A DNA stretch of 63,728 nt, filler included, from Perkinsus chesapeaki ATCC PRA-425 (lineage: Eukaryota; Protista; Perkinsozoa), in the NCBI GenBank assembly GCA_013115145.1. It is 7 parts of 7 records of this genome, joined end to end, with 100 filler letters (N's around TTAATTAATTAA, not from the genome) between each part and the next. Parts side by side here need not be neighbours in the genome. Positions count along the whole stretch, not along the records: positions 17,195 to 41,119 come from JAAPAO010000556.1; positions 41,220 to 47,509 come from JAAPAO010001100.1; positions 47,610 to 50,772 come from JAAPAO010001455.1; positions 50,873 to 57,768 come from JAAPAO010001056.1; 3 more parts are not named here. The stretch is one strand, 5' to 3'. Under the pieces are notes generated by a model. The model did no database searches and was not told the DNA's origin. It saw only the letters and a list, made by a program, of their open reading frames with translations. The translations under genes and the position numbers were made by a program. Each line of letters begins with the position of its first letter. Positions within the stretch are counted from its first letter, which is position 1. Positions 40,403 to 51,511 of the stretch are shown here, piece after piece.

Positions 40403-40798
40403 TTAGGAACTCATTGAATCGACTGTGGCCAAGTCATCACTTTGCAGACGAGGAGGACGGAGACTTCCGCAAGCTGCTAGTTGCTCAGAAGTTCCTATAA
40501 GAGCTCGAAGCTTGTCCTTGTCACCCTCGTTATAGGCGACAGCGGCTTCCTCGTAGAGTTCACTAAGAAGTGTCAGATTGCGAGCTCGACGAATGTCAGA
40601 GGCTGAAGCCTGATCAAATGTCATGTTCTTGATCAAGTGAGCTGTCATTTCGCCGAGGAGCCTTCGTTGTTCCTCAAGCACTGAAAGATCGTTGTCGTCC
40701 ATAATCGGTAGGGGGGAGCAATCACCGCGAAGTGGAACAAGACCAGTCGAGTTACCCATGCTAACTTTAACGTCACACATCGGCGCAAAGGAGCGCAC
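40403..40798 (-). CDS. Hypothetical helical protein
   Basis: 131-codon ORF with protein-like composition; no domain recognised. Confidence 0.3.
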   Translation of the reverse strand: MRSFAPMCDVKVSMGNSTGLVPLRGDCSPLPIMDDNDLSVLEEQRRLLGEMTAHLIKNMTFDQASASDIRRARNLTLLSELYEEAAVAYNEGDKDKLRALIGTSEQLAACGSLRPPRLQSDDLATVDSMSS

Positions 40799-40958
40799 GA
40801 ATTAGGTGGAAAACACTATAACCTCTGAAATTATCAAGTTAATAATACGCAACGCACAGAAGACAACATAATGCTTACGGCCCATCGTCGGACACAGCCG
40901 AAAGAATCGGAAAGGGCGTTCGCATAATTTCGCGGCGCGCAAGAAACGTACACTCCTC

Positions 40959-41031
40959 GATTGCGTCACCTTTGGACAACCCCTAGTTGGACACAAAAGT
41001 GTTTAAGCAGCTTTCGACAAGGGAAGATGGC
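40959..41031. repeat. 73-bp dispersed repeat terminus, identical to 62354-62426
   Basis: gattgcgtcacctttggacaacccctagttggacacaaaagtgtttaagcagctttcgacaagggaagatggc occurs near the ends of contigs B and F with unrelated 5' flanks. Confidence 0.92.
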
Positions 41032-41290
41032 GAAAGCTAAGCCAATCCGCTTTTTTTGACAGCTTGTCCACTTACTGCCTCAGGGCAACCTTTGGACAGA
41101 AGTATGATCACTGAAATTCNNNNNNNNNNNNNNNNNNNNNNNNNNNNNNNNNNNNNNNNNNNNTTAATTAATTAANNNNNNNNNNNNNNNNNNNNNNNNN
41201 NNNNNNNNNNNNNNNNNNNGCGCGACCTAAACTGCGAGCCGTCAGAGTCGCCAAATCTCCCCAGGGGTCGGGACCCCGGGTTATGCTATA

Positions 41291-41363
41291 GCTCAGATAG
41301 CTCAGTTGGGAGAGCGCCAGGCTGAAGATCTGGAGGCCCTCAGCTCAATCCTGGGTCTGGGCA
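41291..41363 (+). tRNA. tRNA-Phe(GAA), T-loop variant (CTCAATC); possibly a pseudogene
   Basis: Cloverleaf GCTCAGA...CCAGG CTGAAGA TCTGG...; T54>C disrupts the B-box. Confidence 0.8.
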
Positions 41364-41652
41364 TATGCTAGTCTTACAGATTCGAAGTTTAGAAGGCTTT
41401 CTGAATAACAATATTGAGCATGCCGGCTTTCTCGGAATTCCGGGAGTCACACGTATGTTTGAGTTTGGATCAATTCCGATGAGCTCAATGTACTTGCTGA
41501 TCTTCCTGTACAAAACGGAAATCCTTCGCAAAGGCTAGCGACGCAAACAACAATTTGGCTGTGAGGCCCACATTGTGAGTCCGACGAGACTCGACCCGTA
41601 GAGGAACACTCCACTGTGGAAAAATCAAGAAAATGTCAACATGGATTTTCAA

Positions 41653-41725
41653 GCCTCGGTAGCTCAGTCGGCAGAGCGCGTGCCTTTTAAGCCCGTGGCC
41701 GCGGGTTCGAGCCCCGCTCGAGGTG
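41653..41725 (+). tRNA. tRNA-Lys(UUU)
   Basis: GCCTCGGTAGCTCAGTCGG...CTTTTAA...GGTTCGAGCCC; one anticodon-stem mismatch. Confidence 0.9.
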
Positions 41726-42226
41726 GGTATCTTCCAATGTATCTCGATAGTCACACACTAGGCATAATGCGGAAGGTTAACCGGAGTGTATGAACCGTGT
41801 TTTTCGATTCCCATACTGCAGCAACACTGCTTCACTCTCCCACGGGCCATCAGCACCTTTCTGCCAAAACCCACCTTTTTAGGCGAGGCCTTCCACCGTG
41901 CTGAGAGATAAAATGCTCGAGGTACGTCGCCGGTTTAGTATTCCTCTACTCGCTAGCTCATCCTACTGGGTGGTTGCGTCCCGATCCCCGAAGTTGGAGC
42001 CCAGAGCCCACGGAAGAGCAGTCCAGCAGCCTTGGACCTTGAGCCAATCTGGTGAGAGGACGGTTCACTACTAACGACGGTTGATAGTTGGAAATTAAGA
42101 GGCTGGCTGCTCGTCATATCACGGCTCACTGAACTACTCAACCAACAAACACAAGTACGCTAAGCGAGTGATGGTCCAACTTTATTGCATCACGAGGGAG
42201 CCCTGGACTCATCTACAGTAATACCT

Positions 42227-42435
42227 TGTTAGCTGCGTCCACCGGGTGGACTCCATTCTCGCTGCTATAGGTAACCCTCCGCAATGGGACTTATTAGTAT
42301 ACATGATTCTCGCTCAGCGAGCACGTTTTGCACGCAAGTTATGAGCCCCACAGCTCTCATAACTCTTCTTTATGAGGGAATCTTCCGAGAAGTCTGTGAA
42401 TATGGCATACACGCAGGGACCAACCGTCTCTAACA
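42227..42435 (-). mobile_element. Candidate LTR (209 bp, TGTTAG...CTAACA) of a truncated element reading away from tRNA-Leu
   Basis: Perfect 6-bp inverted termini; no TSD; short ORF 41953-42141 follows on the minus strand. Confidence 0.4.
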
Positions 42436-42510
42436 TTTCTGACTTTACGTCACGTACTCAACTGCACTCTGTCGCACTCTTCTTCTGCTCTCCTACTTCG
42501 AGCGCTTGAT

Positions 42511-42590
42511 GATAGTTTGGCCGAGTGGTCTAAGGCGCTGGCTTAAGGCGCCAGTCCGAAAGGGCGTGGGTTCGAACCCCACAGCTGTCA
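42511..42590 (+). tRNA. tRNA-Leu(AAG)
   Basis: Type II cloverleaf, CTGGC TTAAGGC GCCAG, variable arm, GGTTCGAACCC. Confidence 0.95.
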
Positions 42591-42780
42591 CAGATTACGT
42601 ATACTTTGTATTAGTTTGTGGTCTCTCTCGACCTTACGACCCATGGTGAAGAGTTCAGGTATTTCTCAATGTATTTACTGAGCTTCATCGTATTTCAGAT
42701 GCGCTCACTGGCTCAACATGGCTTAAAATACGTGACATTTTAGTACGGCATGGGAACTGCAGGAGGAAGGCAGCTAACTT

Positions 42781-42852
42781 GGCTGTGTGGTCTAGTGGTA
42801 TGATTCTCGCTTAGGGTGCGAGAGGTCCCGAGTTCAATTCTCGGCACAGCCC
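42781..42852 (+). tRNA. tRNA-Pro(AGG)
   Basis: Near-identical to the 4746-4817 gene with anticodon AGG. Confidence 0.95.
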
Positions 42853-43093
42853 AGGTCAAAGACCCGTTGTGCCTAGACTACTTACCAACTGCTTCTACGA
42901 CCCTATGATTCTGTCACTCATGACATGAGTATTCATCACAGATCAGCGTACGTGGAACCAGCACATGTGTAACCCTTCGCTCCGCCCTTGTGTATGCGTG
43001 CACGGTATTCTGAGCATTAGCTATTTTTCATATTCCGTCTCACAAGCTCCTTCTGACCTTGTGTTCTACGTATGAGTAAGAATACTGCAACAG

Positions 43094-46000
43094 ATGGTGG
43101 AGAACCCGGTGGCGCGCCGACCCCCCCCCTACAACCAGTCACTTATTTCCATCTTCTACCCCTCCTACAAGTACTACTACCCCTATAGCACCGGTGGTCG
43201 AAGTACAGGATGTTCTTGATTATCTCGGGCTACAAACTGCCGACCAACTCACCTATGTCACTGATAGGGACATCATTACGAAAAGCCTAATCCAACCCCT
43301 TGAACTTACCACTCGTATATCGTACCAACAATTGGTAGCTAACTACAAGAAACGTCTTACCGAGACTGCACCCTCATCTACTCAATCTGAGTCCTTACCT
43401 ATGACATCAACTACCACGCTTGCTTCGTCATGCTCACCTACCCAAGGGAGTGACATTCCACAACAAGGGAACACTCCAACTAGTTTGAAAGCACCGGATG
43501 GTCAACCTTGGAAAGGTTCTCATGATACAAGACCTGTATCTTCTTTCATACGGCGCGTGGCTGATGCTGCACAAGTGGCTGGTTTATCCGATATTGGTCT
43601 ATGGAAATATCTCAACTTGACTGCTCTTCAGGAATCTGACTCTCGTGATCTGTCCTCTTACTCAAGACAACATCACGTGGAGGCCAGTTCGTATAAGGAA
43701 AAACTACTAGCTGCCGAAAACTGGTTATTAACTACTTTTGCTTCAACTAACACTGATGATACACTGTATCAAAGGCTTGACCTGGTTCACAATGGAACTT
43801 ATCAAGAGGTGAAAGCTGTGAGATATGACGCAGCTTGTATGAACCATACTCTTCATGAAAGCAGTCTGAAACGAGCTATCGTCAACGCTCTCCTGCCTTC
43901 AACACAAAGTGCCCTTCGTACCGTATATCCCAACCTCCTCAACATCACTCTAAACCAACTCACAGACTGGGCTACTTCGTTCGAAAAGGCTAACAACAAG
44001 AGCGTTAAACCACTTGCTTCTCCTGCATCATCAACCTCTACGTCTACTACTCCATTGCCTCAACAACGACTACAATCACAGGTGCCATTGAACCAACAAG
44101 TATGTCGCAATTTTCTCCAAGGACGGTGTATCTATGGAGATAAGTGCTTTCGTTCACATGATCCTAAAACTACGACATCCACAACTACTACTACACCTTC
44201 AACTAATACCAACGACACTACCGATTCGACAACTAACAAAGGAGCTTTCGGATCTATAGACTCTGGGTTATCTGGTACAACCACAGTGACTATTCACGAT
44301 CACCCTACAAACTTCGAGAAGCTGGCTATGGTTGATAGCGGTTGCACCCATTCACTGTTATCTTATGATGCTATACCTTCTACTCTTGTCCCACATGTCC
44401 GACAGCTCCCGGAACCAGTACATCTTCATTGTTTGAATGGTACACAACTAGAAGCTACATCTTGCATCACTCCACCGTGGAATTTCGTAGATGGTCCACA
44501 CAACACTGCAAGGTCTACTACTTTCCTGGTCACATCATCTCTACCTCCTTCTATCGATCTGGTGCTTGGGTATAATGCCCAAAAACCGGAGTCGCCTACA
44601 TCAATCCTATTGACGACACTCTTATCTTATCCCCACCTGCTGACGATTCGTCATCTGTTGTACATTTATCTCCGCTAACATCACATGGTCCCATTATCGT
44701 ATCCAGAGATAAGTATTTTACAATAACTGCTGTGCCTATCGACGATATGCATTACAGGTTCTCTGTCGACCTAAACGACCAGTTCATGGCTCCCTCCGAT
44801 TCTGCACTTCACAAAAAAACATCCAACATAAAGATTCATCCACACTTACTTGAAGCCGATGATGATCTGGTCGACGATGTTAATGGCAAATTGGCTACGT
44901 TCGTCGAAGAGGGACGATTGGTTCCTTTTCACTTTTCACGATGAGTTCGCGAGATATACTACCCCTTACTTTCCTATCCGTGGTAGAAAACGAGCAAGAC
45001 CTATATTCCCTTTCTGTAAACTTAATCATGACTTAAACTATACGTTGAAAGATGTAAAATTCCGTCAGACTTCATTATCTACTATTATTGATGGTATGCG
45101 ATCATCTTCTACGGTCTTTTTGGCCGATGTGAAGGATGCTTTCCAACAAGTATTATTAGGGCCAAATCTACAACAATTGTGTACTCTATGGTATAGAGAC
45201 CGCCTATGGTCTTTCACTCGACTCCCATATGGAGCCTTTCTGAGTCCGTTTGTGCTAGAACAGGTTATGGCATTTTTACGTGATAAGTATCATAGTGATA
45301 TTGATCCGTCTACACCCATTTTCAGTTATATGGATGATTTTACCGTACGTACCTCAGAGGTAGTGTAGTAGTGGAGTGATATCAGAGGTACTACCTCTGA
45401 TATCACTCCACTACTACAACTATGCTCTTACCTTCGACGACATTCATGTTAATGATTCTACCCCTATGCTCGGTACGACTATCGAGGGTCATGGTGCCAC
45501 CATTAGTATTAATCCATCACTATGGCAAACGATATGCAACTCCGAGACAGATGTCAACAAGTTCACTTTTCGTGACTGTCTATCACTACTAGGCAAGATA
45601 CCCAATACGCCAGACTTTTTACCACCTGGTATTTACCCGTCGAAGAACCTACTACAATCTCTTACTGCAAGGACGAAGACTCAAACTAACTCTACATGGG
45701 ATGATCCTATACCTGCACACTTATTTACCCTCATGTCTGATTTTGTGAACAAATGTAAAGCTGCTACTATCCCTAATATCCCTAGGTTGGTCGATTGTGA
45801 ACTACCCGTCAAAATTTACTGTGATGCTAGTAACGACTTATCATCTTATAAGATTATTCAAAATGGTTATGTTATACTCTCTGCTCAGAAGCCTTTTACT
45901 AAGTCTACTATGAAATTGCATATTAACTGTAAAGAAATGATAGCGATTTTCGATGCCCTTTGTCGTCTTACCTTATTTGAACAACATTGTCATAAACAAT

Positions 46001-47509
46001 TTCAGTCGATCACAGTTTTAACTGATTCGTCTACGGTGTATTCTATACTTAGAAATGAGCGTACCAAAGCTTCGCTGATGCAACCATTCCAGAATAAGTA
46101 TCTCGGTTATTGCCAGTCCCTACTTGGTCCCCGCTACCGCGACATTATTTGGGTCTTGGTGAAAGGTGATGATAATCTTGCTGATGACTTAACACGTGAT
46201 CATTTGGTACATAAATTGATCTGCTTACGTGATAAGTTGCCTGAGACTTTGGCTGATGAACTGGTACAGACTAACAGCAGACCTAATATGGGTCTCATTG
46301 GTCTTGATCAACCACCATGTTCGCTACTTACCCAAAAACGTTCAGCAGAAGAAGTGGTATCGAACATATCTAAAAAACAAAAAATGACTACTGTTGACAA
46401 CGACTAAAACGACTTACCTATCTCTAATTCTTTGATATCGTTGTTATCTAAAAATGACGGTGATACTGCAAGTATGGTGCAATCGCGTATCCTCCAGTCT
46501 AAAGATGATTTAGACTTCCATGGTAACCAAATATATTTACCCGAAGTTCTACGTCACCGTGTTATCAGTGACTACCACGAGCACTATGCACATCCTGGTT
46601 CGGAAGTTCTACAACACCTAATAGAACAAGTTTTCTGGTGGCCCAACTTAGCTAATACGGTTCTACAATATACAAAAGACTGTACTGGTTGTATACTGGG
46701 AAAGTCCTACCACAATTACGCGCCACGTGGTAAATTACCTCAACCTACAAGACCGTTCAACTTTATATGTATTGATTATTGTGGACCCTACGTAACTGCA
46801 GATGAGGCAGATGGCAACCCACGATATGCTTTCACAATTTTGGACTTAGCAACTAACTACTATGAAGCCTTTACCACATACAACAAGTCTACTGAAGAAG
46901 CTCTACACTGCCTACAGACGTACTGTTATCGCTACAACTTCCCACAATTTATCTTGTTTGACAATGATGCTGCATTCTCAACTACGCTCGACGCTTGGTT
47001 GAAACAACATCATATTACTCACTACCGAACCCCAATATATTCACCACAGTCTAATGGCAAACTCGAACGCTACCATAGGACTATGAATGATGGCTTACGC
47101 TGTTCTTTGTCTTTAGACAAAGCTGGTCCTAAGATGTGGTACACTTATCTTGATCGAGTGGTGTCTAGAATGAACATTGCCTTTCATAAGGACTATCCTA
47201 CTGCTTATAGTCAAGTCTTCAAGTACCCGAAAAACCTACTCTAGTCCCACCTCAACAATCCCGTACACGAGCCTCGTGAGGATCTACCTGGTAAATTTCG
47301 TACTGGTGATATTGTTATGAAAAAGGTTATATCTCCTACTAAACTACAACCTCGATATGATGGACTATATGAGCTCTTGGAAAGAACTGCCCCTTATACT
47401 TATTCTATCAGGTCATTAGGCGCCCCACAGTCAAGTCGGGTGTATCATGTCTCGTACACCGAAAACTCGTACACTTTCACTTCGTTCACCACCCGTACAC
47501 TGAATACTC
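43094..47509 (+). mobile_element. Decayed retrotransposon: Gag (CCCH finger), aspartic protease, RT, RNase H, DDE integrase; 3' truncated by contig end
   Basis: CRNFLQGRCIYGDKCFRSH; MVDSGCT; LADVKDAF..LPYG..SP..YMDD (45327-45338); YCDAS..HINCKE..TDS..NLADDLTR; HHCC motif, IDYCGP, FDND, SNGKLERYH; frameshifts at homopolymers, in-frame stops at 46405 and 47242. Confidence 0.93.
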
Positions 47510-47666
47510 NNNNNNNNNNNNNNNNNNNNNNNNNNNNNNNNNNNNNNNNNNNNTTAATTAATTAANNNNNNNNNNNNNNNNNNNNNNNNNNNNNNNNNNN
47601 NNNNNNNNNTAATAATATAATTAAGAATCATAGCACCATTATTAGATGGAGCGGTCCAGGATAATG

Positions 47667-48668
47667 TCACAGAGTTTGATGTCGAGCTCTGGTGATTGAA
47701 TGATACAACCTAAAGGTGGATTGTACATATTTGATAATATGTAGAATTACCTTATCAGGTGCAGATGGACCGGGTTTGGGAGTTGAAACTGGATGGGATT
47801 CGTCAGGATCCACGGGGGCAACTGTAGTTGGAATGGGTTCATTGGTTGACATGAAGTAAGGCGTGCTGAAGATACTGCTGCCGACTGAGTTTCTGGCCGA
47901 TACTCTGAACTGCAGCCATTGGCCCGCGGAGAGGGCAGAAACAGTGAAAGGCTGAAATGATTAATAAAATAATAAATAATATACCCATTTCAGACTTACC
48001 TTAGAAGCCTCATTTTGTGGTATTATCACACTCATCCACCTACTGGGTTCATCATCTCTACTATCTAGTAGACCATATTGCATAAAGTATTCTGATACGT
48101 TGGCACCGTTGTTGTGTAACGGTGGAATAATTAAAACTGATACGGTAGTATCCGACGTATCATTCGCCACCAAACCTGATAAAAGTAATAATTCTCATAA
48201 AGAAGTGATACAGAACTCACTGGGGGCACTCGGAACGTCAGGTGGCTTCGTACTTGCCAAGATACAAAGTGATGGATTACTGAATCGACCATTCTCCATC
48301 TCAACCTTATAGCGGACAAGTAATTGAACTCCAGTAGATAAACCGGTAATGATACCAGCAGATGCCTCGTTCTTATCAAAGGGTATTTTCAGTGCAACAG
48401 TCCACTTTCCGCTGCGGTCTGAACGTCTACTATCGCCTGGTGATCTTGAGACGGCTTGCGTCTCGATAATATAGTTCACCGGCTTGTATGGCAAAGCGCT
48501 TGGAGCAGGACTTAGGATAAGTGTTAGATCAGAATACCCAGCAGTAACTCTGGGAGGCTCCAGCTCACCGAGATCGATAGCGCCTTTAGACTTCCCACAA
48601 CCTGTGAGAGTTAATACGAGGCTGACTGGCCCAACAAGTAGAGGAACATAAGCAAGCGGTAGGCGCAT
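47667..48668 (-). CDS. Fibronectin type III repeat protein with N-terminal hydrophobic leader; 3' end near contig edge
   Basis: PPDVPSAP, PPLHNNGANVSEYFMQY, LSAGQWLQFRVSARNSVGSSIFS are FN3 motifs across spliced exons. Confidence 0.85.
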
Positions 48669-49398
48669 CGTGTGGGTCTGCCTACTCTAAAATGGGGAAT
48701 AGTCTGATGGTGTCAGACTGATAACGGCGGTGAACGGGCTCTGTGACAGAGTGGTGACGTACGCTCCATGTCACCTGTTGAGCATCATCAGCAAGCAGCA
48801 AACTTCACAATAGTCTGTCAGCGGTCGCGGACGGCACCATACAAGTTTTATGTTACTTTATGCCGCGAAACCCTTTGTCGCTATCATTTTACCATGATTA
48901 ATGGAAGGCATACCGTTCTTTATTGTGCGTCGCCATCCGCTGCATTGTGCATGCGTGCACTGCTGACCCATCGAGAGACTTAACCAGAAGAAGCCTTCAT
49001 TGAATCCCCTTGTTGATTGTGTTCGTCGTTATGAACGGATAACAAGCAAAGCATATAGGCTGTACTATGATAGTCCTCTCGTCTTGTAGCTGGCGAGCGC
49101 ATGTGCGCGCTTGTTGTTCATTGTGCGAGCGGCGCACAATGTGCGCCGCTCGCTCCCTTGTACATGTGTGCACACCTCCCCCTGCGAATGTAAGCTGAAT
49201 AAGAAGAGGCTTTTGTAGACTCCCTTCTCGCCTTGTGTTCGTCCATATGAACGAGGAACAAGCAACAGCGCTAGGAGGCGGGCGTATGGAGCCAGGTATG
49301 TCACGTCACGTAACCGGCCAAATGGGTCTTGGTGGCGAGGCGAGACGGTTGTTCGGCTAGGAGCTACTCTTATAGCCTACAAGTTAATCACTCCCTGC

Positions 49399-49767
49399 AT
49401 GTCGGGTTTGCCACCTCAGAGTCAGGAGGCCGCCAACATGGCGCCCAGGCCCAGCGATGCGTTCGCTGAACCTCCGGCCTTCGATCCGGACGACTCTGAT
49501 CCTCTCGACTTGATTCCTTCCATGGCCCTCAAAGTGGGCGAGGTCCCCGTAGATGGGGGGACTCAACCCGAGGTCGAGCCTGCGGATCCCACCGACAAAG
49601 CCCTTAATCTAGAGCGTTTCTCTGGTGCTCCCAATACTATGGGCATTGTTGAGTGGCGCCGTCGTTTTGTGGCTCTCTCTGCCGCTCGCCGCTGGTCGTG
49701 GAATATAGTTGTGGCCAAGCTTAAGGCCTTCTTAAGGGGCCTTGCGGCTCGCTTGATTGACGTTTAA
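49399..49767 (+). mobile_element. Truncated retrotransposon gag fragment with GC-rich LTR-like leader (about 48740-49330)
   Basis: LERFSG...EWRRRFVALSAARRW...KLKAFLRGLA resembles the retrotransposon capsid N-terminus; abrupt switch to AT-rich DNA at about 49760. Confidence 0.55.
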
Positions 49768-50396
49768 CTTGCCTGTTTAATCAACAATTGAATGAACTGT
49801 TTAAAATTGCGCTATCTTTTATATATATCGGACAGTGTCGGAATGTGCTTTAGTGAACCACTTCCGAGTTTCGCCACTAGTGAATTTTCTCATGTGACAT
49901 ATCCATAGTAACATCGTTCGGACGTCCCGTTAACATGTACCCTGTACGGATATCCATCCTTTTATCATTTAGTAACTTCTCGTTTCAACAAAACAACTCG
50001 ATATATTCGAAAATTGCAACTCGCCTATGTACAACGACGTTCATATTAACCTGACGCAACGAAAGAGTAAGTACGGCTCGGACACGAGCTGGTAGAAAAG
50101 ATGGATTTTACCACTCCTACGGTGAGCAGCTACGAGATACCTTGGAGCAGCAGCGGTGCTGGGTTGTTACGAAAAGAGGAGCGGCGGCGACGATGTTGAG
50201 GAGATATAGAACACACTAAGCAATCTCGTCATCAATGGACTTTCGAGAATCTCTCCTTCATCACGTTAGTGAAAAACCTGTGCCACCTACAGCTGATAGA
50301 CTAATAGCTTCAACAATCCGAAAATTCTAGTTGCTGCTCAGTAAACAATAGAGAAAGAGGAGCAAAAATAATGAACAGATTCAACGAAGACCCTGC

Positions 50397-50772
50397 TCAC
50401 TGTGGATCAGGAGGAGCGATGGCTGCGTAGATGCCGGCACATGAATAGAAATCGGGTTTACAATAATCGTCATTACACTGGAGACATTCGGGGGAAGTGA
50501 CCTTAGAACCGAGACCACAGGGGAAACTGCAATGTTTCATTGAACACTGACCATTAACGCCGTAACACATAGAGCAGTCATCGGTGATAGGAGGTAGATT
50601 AAAGGGAGTTTTAGAGGGATCTTCTGTATAGTCCACGAGACAGCTCGAAACCTTGTCGGCGTTACCCAAACCTTGTACACCACATTTGGAAACAGCGTCA
50701 GTGAAGTCCATAGAATTATAGCTTGGGTTAGAGGTAGATACCCACCATCTTATCTGATCTCTGGTAGTACAT
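50397..50772 (-). CDS. Cys-rich small protein, N-terminus cut by contig edge
   Basis: CG..G......SCL...CSMCY...QCSMKHCSFPC....SPECLQCNDDYCKPDFYSCAG regular Cys pattern. Confidence 0.7.
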
Positions 50773-50910
50773 NNNNNNNNNNNNNNNNNNNNNNNNNNNN
50801 NNNNNNNNNNNNNNNNTTAATTAATTAANNNNNNNNNNNNNNNNNNNNNNNNNNNNNNNNNNNNNNNNNNNNTTTAAGACAACAACAATTGTCTCACATC
50901 GTCTGGCATC

Positions 50911-50983
50911 TACCCTACCCGAGGATCGAACTCGGAATCTCCACCTTAGGAGGGTGGCGCCTTATCCATTAGGCCAGCAGGGC
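50911..50983 (-). tRNA. tRNA-Arg(CCU) copy 1
   Basis: GCCCTGCTGGCCTAATGGATAAGGC GCCACC CTCCTAA GGTGG...GAGTTCGATCCTC. Confidence 0.95.
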
Positions 50984-51066
50984 TGATAAACGTAGAAACT
51001 TGCAGGTTTTTTGTCGCCTTGCCATGTTTTTAAGACAACAACAATTGTCTCACATCGTCTGGCATC

Positions 51067-51139
51067 TACCCTACCCGAGGATCGAACTCGGAATCTCCAC
51101 CTTAGGAGGGTGGCGCCTCATCCATTAGGCCAGCAGGGC
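51067..51139 (-). tRNA. tRNA-Arg(CCU) copy 2
   Basis: As copy 1 with one D-loop substitution. Confidence 0.92.
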
Positions 51140-51226
51140 TGATAAACGTAGAAACTTGCAGGTTTTTTGTCGCCTTGCCATGTCTTTAAGACAACAACAA
51201 TTGTCTCACATCGTCTGGCATCTACC

Positions 51227-51437
51227 TGTTTGCAATAACCCCCGAACTGGTTGACTCAACACTTGAAGAAGAGCTGTTAAGCATGATAAGTGATTGAATA
51301 CGAATAATAGTTCTATCTAATTAAGAGGCTGGTTGCTCAGAACTGAAACGGTTTGGAACCGTTACATTAGGCGAGCGAGATCTACATGCTAACTGGCGAG
51401 CGAGAAAGACATGTCACCTTGCGCACAAGCGCGAACA
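51227..51437. mobile_element. Solo LTR, 211 bp, TGTTTGC...GCGAACA, 5-bp TSD CTACC
   Basis: Interrupts the 156-bp unit; CTACC at 51222-51226 and 51438-51442; TG..CA ends with a 6/7 inverted repeat. Confidence 0.88.
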
Positions 51438-51438
51438 C

Positions 51439-51511
51439 TACCCTACCCGAGGATCGAACTCGGAATCTCCACCTTAGGAGCGTGGCGCCTTGTCTATTAG
51501 GCCAGCAGGGC
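51439..51511 (-). tRNA. tRNA-Arg(CCU) copy 3, degenerate (D-loop GG lost, anticodon-stem mismatch)
   Basis: TAATAGACAAGG and CCACG/GGTGG variants relative to copy 1. Confidence 0.75.

Larger units (their letters stand above)
50873..51226. repeat. 156-bp tandem repeat carrying tRNA-Arg
   Basis: Near-identical units tttaagacaacaacaattgtctcacatcgtctggcatc-[tRNA]-tgataaacgtagaaacttgcagg... Confidence 0.95.

Noticed and set aside
40959-41363. Apparent linkage of features across contig boundaries
   Set aside because: Contig order in the pseudomolecule is not evidence of physical adjacency
41485-41754. ORF with GARTRGHGLKRHALCRLSY
   Set aside because: Antisense translation of tRNA-Lys
44575-44590. 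Programmed -1 frameshift between protease and RT
   Set aside because: No X XXY YYZ heptamer in frame; shifts at 43121-43129, near 44581 and near 44926 fall in homopolymers, consistent with sequencing error or decay
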